From: Deltaproteobacteria bacterium
Lineage (GTDB): Bacteria > SAR324 > NAC60-12
Assembly: GCA_038150265.1 (NCBI GenBank)
Contig: JAYOTF010000034.1
Coordinates: 1 to 30,996, forward strand
Reading direction: 5' to 3'
DNA length: 30,996 nucleotides
Part shown: piece after piece, positions 1-9,400 of the stretch
Position numbering within the stretch: the stretch's first letter is position 1
How the letters are laid out: each line of letters begins with the position of its first letter
Translations under genes and position numbers: made by a program
The notes under the pieces: model-generated
The model's database searches: none
What the model saw: only the letters and a program-made list of their open reading frames with translations
What the model was told of the DNA's origin: nothing

Positions 1-430
1 ATAACGATACCGCCGGTGTCGTTGTCGTCGGTTACGACAACAGCTCCTCAGAGGCAGGCACGGACAACGGCAGCCTCGTGCTGCGTCTGCAAAGCCGGCC
101 GTTTGACAACGTGACGGTCTACCTGCAGCAATCCGGAGGTGCCCAGCTCGGCCTGGTCCTCAGTCCTGCCAACCTGACCTTTACCAACAGCACCAACCAC
201 TGGAATACGGCCCAGACCGTTCAGGTGACCTCGGTGGACGACTCGGTGGATGAAGGCCGCCGTGGAGTGGACAACCAGACCTTTGCGCTGTCCCTGGACA
301 ACATTACTGTCACATCGGGTGTGACGGAAGATGCCAAGTTTGTGGATAACGTCTCAGCGACTGGAAAACTGGTGGGCCTGAGTGGAGCCCTTGTGGACAA
401 CCTGACGGCCCTCAGCCTCGACAATGATAC
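1..430 (+). repeat. Intragenic module repeat, near-identical in blocks to 796-1220
   Basis: 1-105 matches 796-900 (offset 795) apart from a few synonymous changes. The blocks 'cccagaccgttcaggtgacctcggtggacgactcggtggatgaaggc' and 'tcagcgactggaaaactggtgggcctgagtgg' occur in both copies. Confidence 0.85.
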
Positions 431-3400
431 GGCTCGGGTTCGGGTCACCGTTACGGACGCTGCTGCCGCTGAGTCCGGTGACAATGCGACGATCTCGGTC
501 CGTCTCGAGAGTGAGCCCTACGACAACGTCACACTTTCGGTTCAGGACAACTCGACCCTCACGCTGATCGGGCTACAGGCGACCGATCCCACGACCCTGA
601 CCTTTGGGCCTGGAAACTGGAGCACGGCTCAGACCTTCACGCTGGTTCCGGAGGATGATGCCTATGACGAAGGGGCGTTTGGTCCCGACAATCAAAGCTT
701 CCTGATCTCCCTGAATACGGTCACGAGTGGGGATGCCCTCTACAACGGGGATAACGCGACACGCTACAGCGACAACGTGACCATTCAGGTGGAAGACAAT
801 GACACCGCCGGTGTCGTCGTTGTGGGGTATGACAACAGCTCCTCAGAGGCGGGCACGGACAACGGCAGCCTCGTGCTGCGTCTGCAAAGCCGGCCGTTTG
901 GCTCCGTCACGGTCAACCTGCAGGTGCTTGCCCCACGTGCGGATCACGCCCTGACCCTCACGCCCGACAACCTGACCTTTACCAACAGCACCGGTAACTG
1001 GAACACGGCCCAGACCGTTCAGGTGACCTCGGTGGACGACTCGGTGGATGAAGGCGCGTACGGCCTGGACAACCAGACCTTTGCGCTGGCACTGGACAAC
1101 CTGACGGCCGACAACGCCTCAGATGCCAAGTTTGTGGATACGGTCTCAGCGACTGGAAAACTGGTGGGCCTGAGTGGGGCCCTTGTGGACAACCTGACGG
1201 CCCTCAGCCTTGACAATGACACGATGGGAATCGTGGTGGTGGCAACGGACAATGCGTCAAGCGAGTCCGGAACCCTCGGCACGCTGCTTGTTCGCCTCCG
1301 GAGCCGTCCGTACGACACCCTCACTCTGGATCTGGAAGCCGATAACGGGACCCGCTCCTTCTTCGATGGCAGCTCCGTAGTCACCGGGTTGCGGCTCTCG
1401 CTGGACAACACGAGCTTCAGCCAGTCTGGGGTATCGCTGAGCTTTGACAACGGCACCGATAACTGGAGCACGGCCCAGACCATCTGGGTGCAGTCCATTG
1501 ACGACTCGGTGGACGAAGGCGTATCGGACAACCAGACCTTCCATTTCTGGCTCCGTCAGACAACGAGCAACGCGAGCGAAGACCATCTCTACGACAACAA
1601 CACGTTGGCGCAGCAGAACCTGAATCTGAATGTCCTCGGTGCGCTGACGGACAACCTGTCGCTTGTTTCCACCGACAACGACTCGGTGGGCATTCGTCTC
1701 GCCTACGGCACGAATCCGGGGGACAACGTCTCCACCGAGGCTGGCGACAACGGGAGCTTCACGGTCTACCTGAGCAGCCGTCCGCTGGACAACGTCACCC
1801 TCTTCTTCAGTGACAACGACACGACCGGCCTGAGCCTGGGCCTGACCTTCACCCCGGACAACCTGACCTTCACGGGAGCGGGAGACAACTGGACCACGGC
1901 TCAATCCATCACCTTCGGGTCCCAACCGGATTCGGTAGACGAAGGCGCCCAGGGGCCGGACAACCAGACCTTCACGGCTTGGGTGTCTCAGGTGAGCAGT
2001 GCCGATGCCCTCTACAATGGGGACAACGGCACGGCGGTCAGCGACAATCTGACGGGCCTGGTCTCCACGGACAATGACACCGTTGGCGTTCTTGTCTCAA
2101 TCAGCGATAACGTTTCGACGGAGGCTGGAGACAATGCGACCTTTACGGTCCGGCTTCAGAGCCAGCCCTATGACACCGTGACCCTGCGGGTCCAGGGCGA
2201 CAACGCCACCAGCGCCAACGGAGACTCCCTGGGCATCTGGGTCACTCCGGACAACCTGACCTTCGCCAGGAACAACTGGACTCAGCCTCAGACGGTCACG
2301 GTGGTCTCTTGGGACGACCTGGTGGATGAGGGCCTGTGGGGCGCGGACAATCAGACCTTCCTCGTCACGCTGGTCTCCAGCAGTGACAACTACTCGGCCA
2401 CTGGGATGCTTTACGACAACCTGACGGCAACGCGGTTGATCCTTGGTGGCAACGAAGTCGACAACCTCTCGTTTGTCTCCACCGACAACGACTCGGCGGG
2501 CATCCGCCTGGCTTATGGCACGAACTCGGGGGACAACGTCTCCACCGAGGCCGGTGACACCGGGTCCTTCACGGTTCGGCTCAATAGCCGTCCGCTGGAT
2601 AACGTCACGCTCTCCTTCAGTGACAACGATTCCTCTGGCCTGAGCCTGGGACTCAGCATCTCCACCCAACTCACCTTCACGGGCATTTCGGACAACTGGA
2701 GTCAGCCTCAGGCGGTGTCCTTCAGTGCCCATGAGGATGCCTATGACGAAGGCGCGTGGGGCGCGGACAACCAGACCTTCACGGTTTCGGTGGTGAACAT
2801 TGCCAGCGCCGACGCCCGTTACAACGGTGACAATGCCTCACAGGTGAGCGACAACCTGACGGGGCTGGTCGCCACCGACAACGACAGCGCCGGGGTGGTT
2901 GCAGTGCTGGACAACACGTCCAAGGAGTCTGGCGACAACGGGACCCTCACGGTCCGCCTGCGCAGCCGTCCGTTTGACAACCTGACCGTTGCCTTCTGGG
3001 CGGACAACGCCTCCGGACGGGGCGTCTTCCTGAGCCCAGATCGTTTGGCCTTTGACAACGGCACGTGGAACACCCTCCAAACCATCCAGGTGGTCTCCAA
3101 TGATGACCAGGTGGATGAAGGCACCCAGGGCCCCGGGGACAACCAGACCTTTGCGGTCCGGCTGGACGCCATCACGGTGGACAATGCGACCTGGGATGCC
3201 TTGTATGACACCACGACCGTGGCCTTCCTCAACCTGGGGAGCCTGAAGGATGCGTATGACAACAATACCTTCCTCGTGGCTTCAGAAGACAATGACACCG
3301 CTGGGCTGAACGTGACCGCGTCCGACCTCGTGGTCCGTGAGGATCACACGGATAACGCGACCCTGACGGTGACCCTGAACAGTGAGCCTGATGATAACGT

Positions 3401-6400
3401 CACGGTCTCCTTCAATTCCGACAACGTTACCTATGGCGGTGCCGCCTTCCCGGAAACCCTCACCTTTGGCCCCGGTAACTGGAGTGCCGCTCGGACGGTG
3501 ACCATTGTGGCGACCGATGACTCTGTTGATGACGGGCGAGACCTGACTGGGGACAACACTACGTTTGTCATCCGTCTGGACAACACATCCTCTGCCGGTG
3601 ACTCCAAGTACGCCCTCGGCAGTGTGGTGCTCACAGGAACGGAAACCGACAACCTGACCTTCACGGCCATTGATAACGACACTGTCGGCATCCGCCTGGT
3701 GGCCACCGACAACACTACCTCGGAAGACGGCACCGATAACGGCACCCTGACCGTGATCCTCAATAGCCAGCCCTGGCCGGGGGAAACGGTGACCGTGACC
3801 CTCAAAGGGGTGGGAAGTGACAATCTGATCGCCACCAACACGAGCTATGGCCTGAGGCTCAACAGCAGCGAACAGCCGGTACTGACCTTTGACAACAGCA
3901 GCTGGAACAGCGCGCAAACCTTAACCGTGAGCGCGTTTGATGACCAGGTTGATGAAGGATCGGTGGGACCCGATAACCAAACCTTCACGGTGGGCGTGCT
4001 GAGCTCAGCGAGCACGCTGGGGGCCGGGACCAAGTATGATAGCGACAACCTGACGACCACTTACGGCGGGACGATGACCTCTGCTGACTACTGGGTCGAA
4101 GACAATGACACAAGGGGCCTGCAGATCACCATTGCGGGTAACCCCTTTAACTTGGATAACTCAACCTTGCAGGTGTTTGACAATGGGACCTCATCTCCTT
4201 ACCGGGTGAGAGAGGATCAGTCCGACAACCTCACCGTGACGGTGGTACTGAACTCAAAACCCACCGGGAACGTGAACCTCAACTTTGAGGTGGTGGACAA
4301 TGCCACCTATCAGGCAAATGATGCGACCGGTAACCCAGAGATTTCCCTGGATACGTACTCGCTGACCTTCCGCACCACGAACTGGTCCACGCCTCAAACG
4401 GTGATTGCTTCGGCCAATGATGAGTCCTTCGACTTGGACAACAAGTCCTTGGTTGTGGCGTTCTCAAGTTCGGGAGGCACCGGCTCCTTGTACGGGGGGA
4501 ATGATGGGCTGCAGGGAGAAATCCATCTGATCAAGGTGGACAATGATACCTCCAGTGTGGTTCTGACCACTCCTGACAATGCGACGTCGGAGGATAATGC
4601 CAGCAACACAGGTACGGTTCAGATTGCCCTGACGTCACGACCGCTCTATGACATGGTTGTGAAGCTCCAGTCAGACAACACGACCGCAGGAGTGGTCTTC
4701 CCGGGTGACAACGACACGGTGGTGTTCAGCTCGGACAACTGGACCGCGCGGACGCTCACCTTCCAGGCCGTTGATGATGACTTGGATGAAGAGGCACGGG
4801 GGGCCGACAATCAGACCTTCCACCTCTCCATTCTCCGGATCTGTAGCAACACGGCAGCGGTAAACTCCAATAAAGACTCCAGTACGACCACCTTGCTGAA
4901 GCAAGTCAACGAGGAAGCCGGCTACTCCTGTACCTCTGATGCAACGGACAAGTATTCGGCCCTTCAGTCTGTTGACAGCTACACCGACAACGTCTCCGTC
5001 TGGGCTGAGGATAACGACACCGCCCAGGTCCTGTGGACGCTGGTGGGGGGCGACAATGCCACGTCTGAGGACAACGCCAGCAACACGGCGGTGATCTCTG
5101 TGGTCCTGAAGAGCCAGCCGTACGACAACACCACAGTCACCCTGCTCAGCAGTGACAACGTGACGGGCTTCACGCTCTCAGGCACCGAGCTGGTGTTTGC
5201 TCCGGACCAGTGGAACACGACCCAGTCCGTCACCCTCACGGCCGTGGATGATGCCTACGATGAAGGCGCATGGGGATTCGACAACCAGACCTTCCGGATC
5301 TTCGTGGACAACGTTACCAGCACCGATGGCCTGTATGACCTGTCGACCGCGTTAGGTAACGGAGAGGACCTGCTGGCTGCTGATAACGGCAGCGGGACCG
5401 CTGTGCTCGGACAGGACAACTTCAGCATTGCCGTGCTCGACAACGACAGCGCTGGAGTGGTGGTGGTGCTCGACAACACGTCCAGGGAGTCTGGCGACAA
5501 CGGAACCCTCACGGTCCGCTTGCGGAGCCGCCCGTTTGACAACGTGACGGTCGTCTTTACGGCCGACAATGCCTCCGGTTTGGGCGTCTACCTGAGTCCG
5601 GATAACCTGACCTTTGGCTCGGACAATGCCTCGGGCCGGGCCTGGAACCAGTCGCAGGTCATTCAGGTGGTTTCCCATGTGGATCATGTGGATGAGGGCA
5701 CCCAGGGGCGTGGCGACAACCAGACCTTTGCCGTCACCTATGACTCCACCGCTGTCGCCGATGCGTCTGCGGATGGGCTCTATGACAACACCACCCTGGC
5801 CTTCCTCAACCTGGGAAGCCTGAAGGCTGCATACGACAACAACACCTTCCTTGTGGCCTCCGAAGACAACGACACGGCCGGGTACCGCCTGGCTTATGGG
5901 GACAACGTCTCCACGGAGGCTGGCGACACCGGCTCCTTCACGGTTCAATTGACGAGCCGTCCGCTGGATAACGTCACCCTCGTCTTCAGTGACAATGATA
6001 CCTCCGGACTGGGGCTGGGCCTGACCTTTGTGCCCGATAACCTGACCTTTGACAACAGCACCGACAACTGGAGCACGGCCCTGACCGTGTCCTTCCAGGC
6101 CACCGACGATGCCTATGACGAAGGCGCGTGGGGCGTTGACAACCAGACCTTTACCGCCTTTGTCAGCAGCGTCACCAGCGTGGATCCGTTCTACAATGGC
6201 GACAATGCGAGCAACCAGGCGGACAACCTGACGGGGCTGGTCGCCACCGACAACGACAGCGCCGGGGTGGTTGCAGTGCTGGACAACACGTCCAAGGAGT
6301 CTGGCGACAACGGGACCCTCACGGTCCGCCTGCGCAGCCGTCCGTTTGACAACCTGACCGTTGCCTTCTGGGCGGACAACGCCTCCGGACGGGGCGTCTT

Positions 6401-9400
6401 CCTGAGTCCGGCCTCCCTCAGCTTTACCGACAATGCGACCAGCTGGCAAACCGATCAGGTCATCCAGGTGGTCTCCAATGACGACCAGGTGGATGAAGGG
6501 GATCAGGGCGTGGATAACCAAAGCTTTGCCGCTCGCTTGGACGCCATCACGGTGGACAACCAGTTGGATCCCCTGTATGGCGACACCACCGTGGCCTTCC
6601 TCAACTTGGGAGGCCTGAAGGAGGCGTATGACAACAATACCTTCCTCGTGGCCTCTCTGGACAACGACACCGCACAGGTGCAACTGGTCAGTCTGGGGAA
6701 CAACAGCACCAACGAGGACCTCAGCGACAATGATACCTTCTCAATTGTCCTGACCGCGCAGCCGCGGGGCACCGTGACCGTTCACCTCCTTAGCAGTGAT
6801 AATGCAACTGGAGGGGACGTGCTGCCAGACAACCGGTCCCTGACCTTTAGTGGAACCAACTGGAGCCAGGCGCAGACCGTGACCGTCACGGCCGCCCAGG
6901 ACTTCATTGATGAGGGGTTGCAAACAACCTTTGACATCTCCATTGACAATGTCACCAGTGACAATGCCTCTGACATGTACGCCCAGACTGCGCTTCTGGA
7001 CAACAAGTCGCTGTTTAGTGGTGGGACGGACAGTCTGACCCTGACTGCGGTGGACAACGACACCATTGGCATCACCCTGACTCGGGTCGGAGGGGACAAC
7101 ACCACCTCGGAGGGGGGAGACAACGCCACCTTCACGGTGACCCTGAACAGTGAGCCGCGGGGTAACGTGACCCTCACACTCGGAGACAATGATACCTCGG
7201 GTCGAAACCTGGGGCTGGCTCTGAGCCCGGATAACCTGACCTTCACATCAAGTGACTGGAACACGCCGCAGACGGTAACGGTCTCCGCTCAGGATGACTC
7301 GGTTGATGAGGGCGTGAGGGGGCCGGACAACCAAACCTTCCTGGTCTCGGTGACAAGCCTCAGCGGCCCTAGCGGTTATGAGTACGAAAGCCTGTCATAT
7401 TTCACAGCGCGTGGGGGACAGGCGGACAACCTGACCTTCCTGGCCGAAGACAACGACACTGCCGCCGTTCGCTGGAAGCTGGTTGACGGAAGTGCCACAG
7501 AGGCAGGGGACCAGGCTTCCATCCTGGTGTACCTGACGAGTGCGCCGACTGATGGAGACAACGCCACCGCAGTGGATAACGTCACCGTTAACCTGAGCAG
7601 CAGCGACAACACGACCGGCTTCAACCTGGTCTGGAACGGCACCAGTGCCTTGACCCAGGCCCTGACGTTCGACAGCTCTGCTAACAACTGGAGCACGGGG
7701 CAAACGGTCACCCTGGTGGCCGTGGATGACGCCTACGATGAAGGAGCGCTTGGAGCCGACAACCAGTCCTTCCTCATCCAACTCGTCAGCACCAGCTCAG
7801 CGGATGCGCTGTATGACAACGCCTCCAGGCCTCTTGAAGGCGATAACGGCACCGGTACCTTCACTGCGGGTCTGGATAACTTCACCATTCAGGTCCTGGA
7901 CAATGACACGGCAGGCCTCGTCCTGACGGTCAACGCCTCTGACAACGCCTCCAAGGAGTCTGGCGACAATGGCACGATCCAGGTCCGGCTGCAGAGCCGC
8001 CCGTGGGACAATGTGACCACGACCTGGACTGCGGACAACGCGACCGTCACTCTGGCAGACGGGACGGAGGTGCCGACCGGACTGTTCCTCAGCCCCACCA
8101 CGCTGACCTTCGGAACCGATAACTGGAGCAGCGTCCAGACCCTGACGGTGGCCTCCTACGTCGATCACCTCAGTGAAGGGGCTCCGGGAGTCGACAACCA
8201 GACCTTCAACGTCTGGCTGGTCGCCTCCGACAATACCAGCAGTCAGGATGGACTCTATGACAACAACAGCCTGGGCCTGAGTCTGGGAGGAGCCCTGGTG
8301 GATAACGTCAGCATGGCCTCTCTGGACAACGACAGCGCCGGGGTCCTCTGGAGCTTCACGGACAACTTCACCCGAGAAGACAACGCCACGGACAACGGCA
8401 CCTTCGTGATCCGCCTCCGTTCCCGGCCGCACGACAACCTCACCGTTGCCCTCCGCGTCCAGAACATCCTGGCGGAAGATGGCTCGGATCCCGTGGATAC
8501 CGAGGTGACCTTCGACAACACGACGGTCGCCTTCTCCACCGTGGCGCAGTTCACGTCCTCCAACTGGAATCAGGACCAAACCGTGACCTTCTGGGCCATT
8601 GACGACAACGTGGACGAGAACACCCTCGGACCGGATAATCACACCGTGACCCTGTTCGTGGACAACGTCACCGCTGACAATGCCAGCACCGATGAGCATT
8701 ACGTCTACGACGCGGTCAACAACCGCAGCTTTGGGGTGGATAACCTCACCGCCGAGGTGGCCGACAATGATACGGCTGGAATTGCGTTGAGCTGGGCAAC
8801 GGACAATCAAACTACCGAGGCCGGTGGTACCGCTACGGTGAGCGTCCGTTTGAAGTCTCGCCCTTTCTTGTCAGACGGTTCATCCATCACCGCCCTCTTG
8901 AAAATCAATGGTGGCCTCCAGGGGAACGCTTATCTGCGAAGACCTGCAAATGCGACACTCCTTAGCTTGGGACCGAATCTGGGTGATTCATTTAAAGATG
9001 GTGACTTGGGCTTCTATGGATATGTCGAGCTCCCTGTTTTAACGTGGAACTCTTTTTCCTCTCCTCAAACAATTGTTGGTCTGGATAACCTGATCGACGA
9101 TGGTGACCAGGTGAGTAAGGTAAGTGCTTCAGTGAACCTGGCTGTGAGTAGCACAAACTTCAACAAAACGGATCCTATCTATGCTTCACTCATCGGTGAT
9201 AATGTCTCCAGCGAGTTGACCTTCACGAACGTGGACAACGAAACCACGCTTGCGATGGTCCTCTCCAAAACGAGTGTGAGCCCGTCTGAGAATGGCACAA
9301 CGGACAACTTCACAGTGGTCCTCAACCAGCGCCCAGGTGACAACCTCACGGTGACGTTCAGTGACAACTTCACCTACTCCAATGAGATTGGAGGGTTGAG

